Of a stretch of DNA of 64,000 bases, positions 9,728 through 18,453 are shown piece after piece. The stretch's first letter is position 1. Every line of letters starts with the position of its first letter. This DNA is from an uncultured bacterium (GTDB lineage: Bacteria; Chloroflexota; Anaerolineae; Caldilineales; Caldilineaceae), in contig CAVWAL010000016.1 of assembly GCA_963752935.1 (NCBI GenBank), forward strand, positions 8,549 through 72,548, given 5' to 3'. The translations under genes and the position numbers were made by a program. Under the pieces are notes generated by a model. That model made no database searches. It was given only the letters and a program-made list of their open reading frames with translations, and had not been told where the DNA came from.

Positions 9728-9981
9728 AGCATTAACTGCGGAGTTCTGGGAATGGGGCGGTGTGAGGAGGCTGCGGTGAGATTCCCAGGGTCTCTTGGAA
9801 CCTAAGTTTAGGCTTCTGTCAGGTTCGGGGTCAACTGGTCAGGTGACCAGGGGGCGCATCCAAAATCTGTTGGCCGATGGCAAGTATCTGGCGCCGGCGT
9901 TGGATGCCTGCCCGCTGGCGGCACGCTCGCTTCCTCAATCCACGAATCACTCTCCTGACCGAGATTGATCGGTTGTCGTAC

Positions 9982-10048
9982 GGGTTTGGGTGGGGCGGCG
10001 GCTAGTTTCACCGGTAGGAGACGTCGGTTCTCCGCCCCACCCAAACCC
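9982..10048. repeat. Perfect 17-bp inverted repeat with a 33-nt spacer
   Basis: GGGTTTGGGTGGGGCGG (9982-9998) pairs with CCGCCCCACCCAAACCC (10032-10048). It is intergenic. Confidence 0.8.
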
Positions 10049-10175
10049 CTACCTCTCGCTCAACCTTCTACCATTTGAACAACAACTTTTGGATGCACCC
10101 GAGACCAGGGGAAGCGTGAACGGTGAATAGTGAAGGCGGGTTTTCCAAAGATTCAACCTTCACACCACCGCTTCG

Positions 10176-10204
10176 TTGACATCCGCTCTGATCTTCCATA
10201 AGAT
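10176..10204 (+). promoter_or_regulatory. Candidate sigma70-type promoter for the cyanophycinase-like gene
   Basis: TTGACA, a 17-nt spacer, then TAAGAT, about 85 nt upstream of the ATG at 10290. Confidence 0.4.
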
Positions 10205-10289
10205 GACGTCCAGAAGAGTTGACAGAATCAACCTCGCAACTTGTGCGTTTCGTTTTTCCGGCAAAGGCTAAGCCAAGGATCTCACACCG

Positions 10290-11189
10290 ATGCCTGCACC
10301 CGTCCCTGCCGGTTACACACGCGGCGCAATTCTGTTTCTTGGCGCCTGCCAGGACGAACGCGCCGAGGCCCATCTGCTGCAACGTTTCTGGGAAGAGGCG
10401 GGCGGCTACGGCACACGCGTGATCCTGATGCCGTTCGACGCCGGAAGCGCCGCCATCGCCCAACGCTTCGCCGCTCGCTTCACCGAATGGGAGTCGGATT
10501 CGGTGACGCAGATGCTGGTGGACAGCCGCGAAGCCGCGCTGCGCGCCACCAATCTGGAACGCATCGAGAGCGCTACCGCCATACTCTTGTTGGGCGACAA
10601 CCCGCTGCGCCTTGCCACCATCCTGGGCGGAACGCCGCTGGCGCAGAGCATTCGCCGCGCCAACGCCCGCGGCAAGATCATCGGCGGCCATGGACGCGCC
10701 GCCACGCTGCTGTGCGAGCACATGATCGCCTATGAAAGCGAACGCGAGGAAGAACGCCGCCCCCTGCTGGCGCGCCACCTGATCCACTTTGCGCCAGGGC
10801 TGGGCATCACCAACCGGCTCGTCCTCGACGTGACGCCTGCCGAGGCGGGCGCGGCCATGAACCGGCTGGCCCGTCTGCTCCACGCCGTGGCCTACAATCC
10901 GTTTCTCGTCGGCGTCGGCCTCGAAGTGGACACCGGCGCCGTGATCTACGCCGACAACACGCTGGAGATCTTCGGCGCCAACAGCGCCCTCATCGTCGAC
11001 GGCGCCAACGTCACCGAAACCGATGTCCACGAATACCGGCGCAGCACGCCGTTGAGCCTGATCGGTGCCCAGGTCCACGTGCTGGGGCCGACCTACATCT
11101 TTAACCTGCAAACGCGCAGCGGCCACGCACCAGAAACGAGCGATATCCCCGACCGTGCTGTACCTGACGAGACGGGCGAATGTATATAA
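10290..11189 (+). CDS. Cyanophycinase-like (peptidase S51 fold) protein lacking the nucleophile motif
   Basis: It aligns by eye to CphE: LLQRFWEEAGG, LLLGDNPLRL, MNRLARLLHAV and GVGLEVDTGA. The GxSAG serine motif is replaced by GGHGRAA (nt 10683-10703). Confidence 0.7.
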   Translation: MPAPVPAGYTRGAILFLGACQDERAEAHLLQRFWEEAGGYGTRVILMPFDAGSAAIAQRFAARFTEWESDSVTQMLVDSREAALRATNLERIESATAILLLGDNPLRLATILGGTPLAQSIRRANARGKIIGGHGRAATLLCEHMIAYESEREEERRPLLARHLIHFAPGLGITNRLVLDVTPAEAGAAMNRLARLLHAVAYNPFLVGVGLEVDTGAVIYADNTLEIFGANSALIVDGANVTETDVHEYRRSTPLSLIGAQVHVLGPTYIFNLQTRSGHAPETSDIPDRAVPDETGECI

Positions 11190-11279
11190 ACGCGGGATGA
11201 TGGGATAATGAAATGATGATCTACACGATCTCCCATCATCTCATTATCTCATCATCTTTTTTCTATAAAGGAGCCACCC

Positions 11280-12653
11280 TTGTCAACGATGACACCTCTC
11301 ACCACCTCCACTCTCAGTGGTATCGAGATCCACGGTCCTCTGCCCGGCCCCAAAGCAGCCGCCTATATTGAACGCGATGAAAAAGTCACCAGCAATTGTC
11401 TGGGCCGCGTCTACCCGCTGGTGCCGGAGCGAGGCGAAGGGTGCTGGATCACCGATGTGGACGGCAATCGCTTCCTCGACTTCTTTGCCGGCATCGCCGT
11501 CTGCGCCACAGGGCACAGTCACCCTGCCGTGGTCAAGGCCGTGCAAGAGCAAGCGGCGCGCCTGATCCACGCCGGCGGTAGCGACGTTTACAGCCCCGGC
11601 TATGCCGAATTGTGCGAAAAGCTGGTTTCGCTGGCACCACAGGGCAGCTACACCGGCGATTGGCAGGTCTTCTTGACCAATAGCGGCACCGAGGCCGTGG
11701 AAGGTGCGCTCAAGTTGGCGCGCTACCATACAGGTCGCCAGCGAGTGATCGGCTTCTTGGGCGGCTTCCACGGGCGCAGCATGGGCGCACTGAGCGTAAC
11801 GGCCAGCAAGGCGATTCAACGCCGCGGCTTTGGTCCACTGCTCAGTGGGGTTAGCCATCTGCGCTTCCCCAACCGCAGCCACTGCCCGCCCGGTGTAGAA
11901 GAGTTCACCTGGGGCCGTGAGATGGCGCAGCGTCAGTTCGACGAGATCTTCACCACCACCACGCCCGCCGAAGAGGTGTCCGCCGTTATCGTCGAGCCGA
12001 TCCAGGGCGAAGGCGGCTACATCGTTCCACCGGATGGCTTCTTGCAGGCGATCCGCGAGATCTGCGACCAACACGGCATCGTCTTTATTGTGGACGAGGT
12101 GCAGACCGGCTTCGGGCGCACCGGCAAGACCTTCGCCATCGAACACTGGAATGTGCAGCCCGATGTGATCTGCATGGCCAAGGGGATCTCCAGCGGCGTG
12201 CCCATAGGCGGCTTCATGGCCCGGGCGGAGATGATGACATGGCCGCCCGCTGCGCACGGCAGCACCTGGGGTGGAAGCCCGATTGGCTGCGCCGCGGCGC
12301 TGGCCAATATCCACGTCATTGAGGACGAGCACCTGATGGCAAACGCTGTCGAGCAGGGCGACTACCTGATGGAACGCTTCCGCTCGCTACAAGATGAGTG
12401 CGATCTCCTCGTCGACGTGCGCGGTATCGGGCTCATGATCGGGCTGGAGTTAAGCCCCAACGTCAAAGCCTTCGAGTGGATGGAACGCTGCTTCCAACGA
12501 GGGTTGCTCACCCTGACGGCGGGGATCAACAACATCCGCCTCTGTCCGCCACTGATCCTCAGCCGCGAGGAGGCCGAACTGGGCTTCCAGGTATTGCGTG
12601 AGGTGTTGCTAGAGATGGCGCAGATGCAGCAAGTGGAAGTTGTGGGGGGGTAA
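11280..12653 (+). CDS. Class III PLP-dependent aminotransferase (4-aminobutyrate/acetylornithine aminotransferase family)
   Basis: DEVQTGFGRTGKTFA and CMAKGISSG (PLP Lys) motifs. RBS AGGAG lies 7 nt before TTG 11280 (alternative ATG 11289). Confidence 0.85.
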   Translation: MSTMTPLTTSTLSGIEIHGPLPGPKAAAYIERDEKVTSNCLGRVYPLVPERGEGCWITDVDGNRFLDFFAGIAVCATGHSHPAVVKAVQEQAARLIHAGGSDVYSPGYAELCEKLVSLAPQGSYTGDWQVFLTNSGTEAVEGALKLARYHTGRQRVIGFLGGFHGRSMGALSVTASKAIQRRGFGPLLSGVSHLRFPNRSHCPPGVEEFTWGREMAQRQFDEIFTTTTPAEEVSAVIVEPIQGEGGYIVPPDGFLQAIREICDQHGIVFIVDEVQTGFGRTGKTFAIEHWNVQPDVICMAKGISSGVPIGGFMARAEMMTWPPAAHGSTWGGSPIGCAAALANIHVIEDEHLMANAVEQGDYLMERFRSLQDECDLLVDVRGIGLMIGLELSPNVKAFEWMERCFQRGLLTLTAGINNIRLCPPLILSREEAELGFQVLREVLLEMAQMQQVEVVGG

Positions 12654-12759
12654 CAAATGGATGTTTTCTCCCCAATCAATCGGCGTTGAGGATGATACAG
12701 TATAGAAGAGTTGTGCTTTCAAACGCGTCTTCAACGAAACTCTTTTGTAAAGGAATTTT

Positions 12760-13986
12760 ATGTTACAGCAAGTTATGAACTGGCAACGGAGTAATCCGTA
12801 TCCGCTTTACTGGATGTTACGGCGGGTGAAGCCGCTGCTCAACATTGGGCGCTACGATCTCTGGTTCGCCACCAAATATGACGATGTCAAGCGTGTACTG
12901 TCAGACTACGAATACTTTTCGTCAGATTTCCGCCGTGCGTTCGGCAATGCCGAGCTTGATCGCAGCAGCAAGATCAGTCTGATCGCGTCGGATCCACCGA
13001 TCCATACCAAGCTGCGCGGACTGGTCACCCGTGCCTTTACGCCACGGGCCGTGTCCAATCTTGAAGGACGCATCGCTGAACTGACCCACGAAATCATCCA
13101 TCCCCTGCGCCAGGATGGGCACATGGATCTGATCAACGACCTGGCCTATCCGCTGCCGGTGATGGTGATCGCCGAGATGTTGGGCGTCCCCGCCAAGGAC
13201 CGCGCCGATTTCAAGATCTGGTCGGAGGCATTGGTAAAATCGGCGGATCAGATTTTTGCCGAGAGAGAAGAGATGAGTGAGGCCGAACGCCAGGCCCGGG
13301 CAGATCTGCCGCCCACGCTGGTGGGTGGGATGGGGCCATATTTCAAAGAGATCATCGCCCAGCGCCGCGCCGATCCCAAGGACGACCTGATCAGCGTGCT
13401 GGTGGCGGCAGAACTCGACGGCGAAAAACTCAGCGAGTGGGATCTGCTGGACTTTTGTAGCCTGCTGCTGGTGGCGGGCAATGTGACGACGACCAACCTG
13501 ATCGGCAACGCCGTGAGGTGCTTCCTCGACCACCCTGCAGCGCTGGCCGCCGTACGCCAGGATCGCTCCCTGCTGCCCGGCGCCATCGAGGAAGTGCTGC
13601 GCTACCGCTCGCCCGTGCAGTTCATGTTCCGCATCTCAACCAAAGAGACCGAACTCGGCGGGCGCCTGCTCCCGGTCAATCAACGCGTCATCGCGCTGAT
13701 CGGCTCGGCCAACCGCGACGAAAGCAAGTTCCCCGATGCCAACCGCTTCGACATCCACCGCAGCCCCAATCCGCACATTGCCTTTGGGCACGGCGTCCAC
13801 TACTGCCTGGGCGCACCCTTGGCGCGACTCGAAGCCAAGATCGTCCTCAGTATTATGCTGGATGAATTGCAGGACTGGCAACGCATTGGCCGCGGATCTC
13901 TGCCGCCGGGTGACAGCGTGATCCTCAACGGCGTGAAGACGCTGCCGCTTGGGTTCAAGACGACGCAGATGCGGGTGGCAGCGTAG
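12760..13986 (+). CDS. Cytochrome P450
   Basis: Heme-binding loop FGHGVHYCLGAPLARLE, ExxR motif EEVLRYRSP, and I-helix LLVAGNVTTT. Confidence 0.9.
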   Translation: MLQQVMNWQRSNPYPLYWMLRRVKPLLNIGRYDLWFATKYDDVKRVLSDYEYFSSDFRRAFGNAELDRSSKISLIASDPPIHTKLRGLVTRAFTPRAVSNLEGRIAELTHEIIHPLRQDGHMDLINDLAYPLPVMVIAEMLGVPAKDRADFKIWSEALVKSADQIFAEREEMSEAERQARADLPPTLVGGMGPYFKEIIAQRRADPKDDLISVLVAAELDGEKLSEWDLLDFCSLLLVAGNVTTTNLIGNAVRCFLDHPAALAAVRQDRSLLPGAIEEVLRYRSPVQFMFRISTKETELGGRLLPVNQRVIALIGSANRDESKFPDANRFDIHRSPNPHIAFGHGVHYCLGAPLARLEAKIVLSIMLDELQDWQRIGRGSLPPGDSVILNGVKTLPLGFKTTQMRVAA

Positions 13987-14011
13987 TGATGCGTCAAGCG
14001 TGATGTGATCG

Positions 14012-14071
14012 GTAGGGGCGCTGCTTGCTGCGCCCGCACAGTGTGCCGGGCGCAGCAAGCAGCGCCCCTAC
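14012..14071. repeat. Perfect 25-bp stem / 10-nt loop palindrome (GTAGGGG...CCCCTAC type)
   Basis: GTAGGGGCGCTGCTTGCTGCGCCCG (14012-14036) pairs with CGGGCGCAGCAAGCAGCGCCCCTAC (14047-14071), 26 nt after the P450 stop. There is no T-tract. Confidence 0.85.
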
Positions 14072-14134
14072 GGAATTGTCATCACTTGACCGTTGACACG
14101 ATAGTAGTAGGTCGTGCGTGATGCGTAAGATTGT

Positions 14135-14177
14135 GTTACACGATCTGACTCCCAAAGCCAGCGTCAGATCGTGTAAC
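14135..14177. repeat. Perfect 15-bp stem hairpin
   Basis: GTTACACGATCTGAC (14135-14149) pairs with GTCAGATCGTGTAAC (14163-14177) around a 13-nt loop. Confidence 0.8.
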
Positions 14178-14211
14178 GCGACCAGTGCCCCCTGGTACAT
14201 CGCACGTTTTC

Positions 14212-14220
14212 TGCTATACT
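14212..14220 (+). promoter_or_regulatory. Extended -10 element TGCTATACT
   Basis: TGnTATACT lies about 46 nt upstream of the TTG start at 14267. Confidence 0.4.
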
Positions 14221-14266
14221 TGAATCAAATCCTCCGCCGGCAATTGTTTAGCAACGGGGTGAGCAC

Positions 14267-14647
14267 TTGAGTACAGAGACAGCACCAGAAACGCCGAACT
14301 TCTCCCATCCTCTAGAAGAGGAGTTCGCCCGTATCCTCGATTTTTACGGCATCGAATGGGAATACGAACCGCACACTTTCCCCCTGGAATGGGACGCCGA
14401 AGGCAATGTCAGCGTCGCTTTCTCGCCAGATTTCTACATGCCCGACCAGGATCTCTACGTCGAACTGACCACGTTACGCCCCAAGTTGATCCGCCATAAG
14501 AACCGCAAACTGCGCCGCATGGCCGAACTCTATCCTCACATCAACGTCAAGCTCTTTAAACGCAAAGATCTGCGCGATATGATGGTCAAGTACGGCGTCG
14601 ACCACCACGCCGAGCCGATCATGGGCACCGATGCACAAGATGAGTAA
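14267..14647 (+). CDS. Hypothetical protein, possible PD-(D/E)XK-like nuclease fold
   Basis: 126 aa ORF with a TTG start. The FSPDFYMPDQDLYVELTT segment resembles the D...E-x-(K/T) core of restriction-endonuclease-like folds. This is a pattern-level call only. Confidence 0.45.
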   Translation: MSTETAPETPNFSHPLEEEFARILDFYGIEWEYEPHTFPLEWDAEGNVSVAFSPDFYMPDQDLYVELTTLRPKLIRHKNRKLRRMAELYPHINVKLFKRKDLRDMMVKYGVDHHAEPIMGTDAQDE

Positions 14648-14776
14648 CCAACTGTAGGTAGCCACCTGCAACTAGAAAGAAAATTGTTCCGACTCCACAA
14701 CCGCCCACACCACACAACCTCTTCCCCTTGTTGGTGGATCTGAGTGGTCTTCAATAAAGCGCGTTTGATTGAAGTT

Positions 14777-15421
14777 TTACGAAAGATTGTTCTCCCCAAT
14801 CAACGTCTGCCAGTGGAACCAATCCTCTGCAGAATCCAAATCTAGCGCCAGTGCCGTTGACCTGATCTCGTGGATGGTGAGGTCGGCCGCTTTGGCGCGC
14901 TCGATGTGGCGCTGCCGGCTCTGTGGACCGTAGGCGAAGTCGATGGCATAGGCAGGGCGCAACAGGAGGGCGTTGGTACCGCCGTCACGGCTGCCGGCAA
15001 GCACGATGCAGCGATCATGGAGATTGCCGAGGTGGATCATTTCCCCAATGTCGTGGACGGTGAGTAGAGGCAGGTCGGCAGGCAGGATGAGGATGGCATC
15101 GGCGCCACGCTCTACGGCGACGGTGCGCGCCTGGTTCAGAGCGTTGTTGAGCGCAGCTTCGGGATCGGGAAGAGCAGGATCGGTAGGGATCGCAGCTTCG
15201 GGCAGCGTCGACGCCCCACCGGCTCGTGCCAGCGTCAAGACTTCTTCGTCGCGGCTGATGGCGATGATTCCCGCCAGATCCTCGACGGCGGCGACAGTCT
15301 TCAATGTCTGCAACAACAATCGCCGCGCCAACTCTCTCCTCTCCTGCGCGGACAGCAACGAGGCCAACCGGCTTTTGCCCAATGAAAGGGGTTTAACGGG
15401 CACGATCAGCCAGAGTTGCAT
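14777..15421 (-). CDS. cofC: 2-phospho-L-lactate / phosphoenolpyruvate guanylyltransferase (CofC/FbiD)
   Basis: N-terminal LIVPVKPLSLGKSRL, ILPADLPLL and SRDGGTNALL motifs. Its ATG overlaps the cofD stop (TAATG). Confidence 0.85.
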   Translation of the reverse strand: MQLWLIVPVKPLSLGKSRLASLLSAQERRELARRLLLQTLKTVAAVEDLAGIIAISRDEEVLTLARAGGASTLPEAAIPTDPALPDPEAALNNALNQARTVAVERGADAILILPADLPLLTVHDIGEMIHLGNLHDRCIVLAGSRDGGTNALLLRPAYAIDFAYGPQSRQRHIERAKAADLTIHEIRSTALALDLDSAEDWFHWQTLIGENNLS

Positions 15422-16414
15422 TAGCGAGCGGACGAGGGGTCGACGGATGAAATGGTGCTGTTAGACTGAGTGACAAGCCCAAAGTCGACGACGGCGCGGG
15501 CCAATCTAGCTTTGCTGTGGATGTCGTGCATGATGGTGTCGGTAACGAGGGCAGGGAGGATCACAGCGTCGCTGAGGTCGGCGTCCTGGCTGTCGAGGAC
15601 GAAACCGTCCAGCAGGTCGCCCAGGTGGTCAACGACGGTAAGCGGGCTAATCATTTCGCCGAGTTCCTGCATCATCTTGGCGGCAGGGCCTTTGATCGCC
15701 TGACCGCTGACGATGGGGCTGACGGCAATTTTAGGCGCTTTGGCTTGGCGCAACCGCTCCCGCAACCCCGGCACCGCCAGGATCTGGATCGATGCTGACG
15801 TAGGGGTTGCTGGGGCAGAAAACAATCAGATCGGCGCGCTCTATGGCGCGTTTGATGTCATTGGTCAGCTTCGCTCGTTCGGCGCCCAGGAAGGTGAGAT
15901 CGATGAGAGTGGGCTCACAGCGACGGCGCACGAAGTAATGCTGAAAGGGAAGATCCCCTTCGTCTGTGTGGACAAGGGTGCGCACAGGTTCGTTGGCCAT
16001 GGGCAGGATCAGCGATGGTACGCCCAACATTCGGCGCAGACGGTCGGCCACATCACTGAGCGGTACACCCTGGCGCAGCCATTCGGTACGGCGCAGATGT
16101 AAAGCCAGATCTTTATCACCGATGCGGAACCAGTCTTCGCCGCCGTACCGTTCCATCTCGGTAAGGACATTGAACTCCTCATTGGCGCGGCCCCAGCCGT
16201 AGTCGGGGTTGCTGACGTCAGCCAAATTGTAAAGGACGGTATCGAGATCGGGGCAGATGTGCAGCCCCCAATGCTCGAAATCGTCGCCGGTGTTGACGAT
16301 AACCGTCAGCGCGCCCGGTTCCAGGATCTGCTGAAGACCCATCGCCAGCTTGGCTCCGCCCACGCCACCGGCGAGGGCCACCACTCGAATCTGCGACAAT
16401 TGGGGAGAGGTCAT
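15421..16414 (-). pseudogene. cofD: 2-phospho-L-lactate transferase CofD/FbiA interrupted by a 1-nt frameshift
   Basis: The N-terminal ORF 15731-16414 (VVALAGGVGGAKLA...CPSNPYVSID) and the C-terminal ORF 15421-15825 (..ILAVPGLRERL..SPIVSG) are in different frames. Removing one base near 15784 restores SNPYVSIDPILAVPG. Confidence 0.8.
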
Positions 16415-16542
16415 GTCCTATCCTTTGAATAATAGTCCGAACACCCAGGAAGCCAACTTAAAGGCGCAACCGTGTAGAGGTGCAAAGCTACACTGCTAAC
16501 AACCCGTTGCACCTCTGCATCCTGGCGGCCTTGTGTGAACGG

Positions 16543-17187
16543 TTAGCGCCAGATGACCCGTTGGCTCAGATCAACTCGGTCTTTTTCTTTGGTTTCGGCA
16601 GGGTAGCCGAGTGTGATCAACGCCTGCGGCTGCCATGCTGACGGCAAGTCGAGGGCGTTGCGCACCAGATCGGGGACAAAAAGTGGCGCACACATCCAGC
16701 AGGCACCCAGGCCGGCATGGTGCGCAGCCAGGAGCAGATTCTGGCAGGCCAACGCGGTGCTTTGCACGGCCATCAACCATTCGGCCTCGGCGCGCTGGGC
16801 GTCGGGGTAGACGTCCATATCGTCCATCGACACCGAGGCAATGATCAACGCTGCCGCACCGGTGAGGCGGGCGTGGCTGATGGCGATTCGTTTTTCAACG
16901 AAGGCAGGATCGGCGCCGTCCTTACCTAAATCACGACGCCATTGATCGCTCATGCGCGCGCTCAACCGCTGTTTTGTCTCTGCCTCGCCGACCACACAGA
17001 AGCGCCACGGTTGGCGGTTGTGCGCCGACGGCGCCCACGTCGCCGCCGTGAGGATCTGCTCGATCACCTCTCGCGCCACAGGGCGATCCTCATAGCGGCG
17101 GATCGAGCGCCGTCCCTGGATCAGATGCCAGAAGGCGTCGTCCGCCAGATCGATTGTAGCCTCTTCGAGCGGTGGTCTCCTGTCCAT
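16543..17187 (-). CDS. Nitroreductase-family flavoprotein (stand-alone FbiB C-terminal-domain-like)
   Basis: [12 protein letters not shown]...[12 protein letters not shown] nitroreductase signature. The start at MDRRPP (17187) lies 6 nt downstream of a TGCTATAAT box. It is adjacent to cofD and cofC. Confidence 0.8.
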   Translation of the reverse strand: MDRRPPLEEATIDLADDAFWHLIQGRRSIRRYEDRPVAREVIEQILTAATWAPSAHNRQPWRFCVVGEAETKQRLSARMSDQWRRDLGKDGADPAFVEKRIAISHARLTGAAALIIASVSMDDMDVYPDAQRAEAEWLMAVQSTALACQNLLLAAHHAGLGACWMCAPLFVPDLVRNALDLPSAWQPQALITLGYPAETKEKDRVDLSQRVIWR

Positions 17188-17193
17188 GTGTGG

Positions 17194-17202
17194 ATTATAG
17201 CA
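17194..17202 (-). promoter_or_regulatory. Extended -10 TGCTATAAT, implying a leaderless transcript
   Basis: The reverse complement of 17194-17202 is TGCTATAAT. The ATG at 17187 begins 7 nt after the hexamer. Confidence 0.5.
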
Positions 17203-17437
17203 CGCCTGTACGCGCACCCAAACTTCCCCCAACCCATAACGAAACCGGCGAGCGGGTCCTCTTTAGAAAGCAGACCCACACAGACGGGAACTACCACAAG
17301 GAACACGGAGAACGCATGGACGGACAGGGACGCGGGCCGCTCTCTACTACCTTGACGCTCAAGAAAGGCGCGGGGTACAATGGCGGCATAGAGTAGTTGT
17401 CAGACAACCTCCAATCATCACCTCAAGGAGTCTCTCC

Positions 17438-18448
17438 ATGACCGAACCGAAGTACACGCGCGTGGCCCTTTACTTGCAGGACAAACACCCGATCCGCGAG
17501 GGGATGGAGTATGTCCGCTATGCAGAGGAAAAGGGCTTCGAGGCCGTCTGGCAGGCGGAAAGCCGCCTGGTGCGCGATGCGATTGTGCCAATGGCTGCCT
17601 TTGCCGCCGTCACCGAGCGCATTAAGATTGGTTCCGGCGTCATCAACAATTGGACGCGCAACATCGGTCTGCTGGCCGCGACATTCCTGACGTTAGATGA
17701 TCTGGCCCCGGATCGGGTGATCTGCGGCATTGGCGCCTGGTGGGATCCGCTGGCGCGCAATGTGGGCATCGACCGCCGTAAGCCGCTGGCCGCCATGCGC
17801 GAAACGTGCGAACTGCTGCGCCGTCTGCTCGACATGGAAAATGTGACCTATGAGGGTGAATTCCACAAGCTCAACGGCGTGGAGTTGGACGTAGTCCACG
17901 GGCGGCGCGAACCGCGCAACGTCCCGATTATGATCGGGGCCACGGGTCCGCAGATGTTGGAGATGACAGGCGAGATGGCCGACGGTTGTGTGCTCAACTA
18001 CTGTGTGCCGCCCGAATACAACCACATGGCGTTGGAGCGTCTGGAAGCAGGCGCCAGGAAGGCAGGCCGCACCCTGGACGATGTAGACCGCCCGCAGTTG
18101 ATCGTTTGCTCTGTGCACGAGGATCGGAAGACGGCGTTGGATGGCTCCCGCGAACTGCTCACCCAATATTTGGCGCAGCAGCCACACATTGCCCAGGCCA
18201 GCGGCGTCAAAAAGGAAGTGGTGGCACAGATCCAGGCGACATTGGGCTGGCCCGCCACCAAAGAGCAGGTGCGCGAGGCCATGCACTTCGTGCCCGACGA
18301 TTTGGTGGAACGTATCACAGCCAGCGGCACCCCCGAAGACGTGAAAAAGAAGGTCCGCGAGTATATGGAAAACGGCGCGACCTGCCCCATTCTCTACCCG
18401 CTGGGCGACGTGAAGTTAATGATCGATACATTTGCAGGAGGGTTTTAA
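17438..18448 (+). CDS. LLM-class F420-dependent oxidoreductase (luciferase-like)
   Basis: 336 aa with luciferase-like TIM-barrel sequence pattern ([23 protein letters not shown]). RBS AAGGAG. It is divergent from the F420 biosynthesis genes. Confidence 0.8.
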   Translation: MTEPKYTRVALYLQDKHPIREGMEYVRYAEEKGFEAVWQAESRLVRDAIVPMAAFAAVTERIKIGSGVINNWTRNIGLLAATFLTLDDLAPDRVICGIGAWWDPLARNVGIDRRKPLAAMRETCELLRRLLDMENVTYEGEFHKLNGVELDVVHGRREPRNVPIMIGATGPQMLEMTGEMADGCVLNYCVPPEYNHMALERLEAGARKAGRTLDDVDRPQLIVCSVHEDRKTALDGSRELLTQYLAQQPHIAQASGVKKEVVAQIQATLGWPATKEQVREAMHFVPDDLVERITASGTPEDVKKKVREYMENGATCPILYPLGDVKLMIDTFAGGF

Positions 18449-18453
18449 CAAAG

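Noticed and set aside
12666-12679. 14-nt identical word TTCTCCCCAATCAA at 12666-12679 and 14790-14803
   Set aside because: One copy lies within the 3' end of cofC coding sequence (LIGENNLS). The other lies just after the aminotransferase stop. There is no extended similarity around them, so this is probably chance or trivial.
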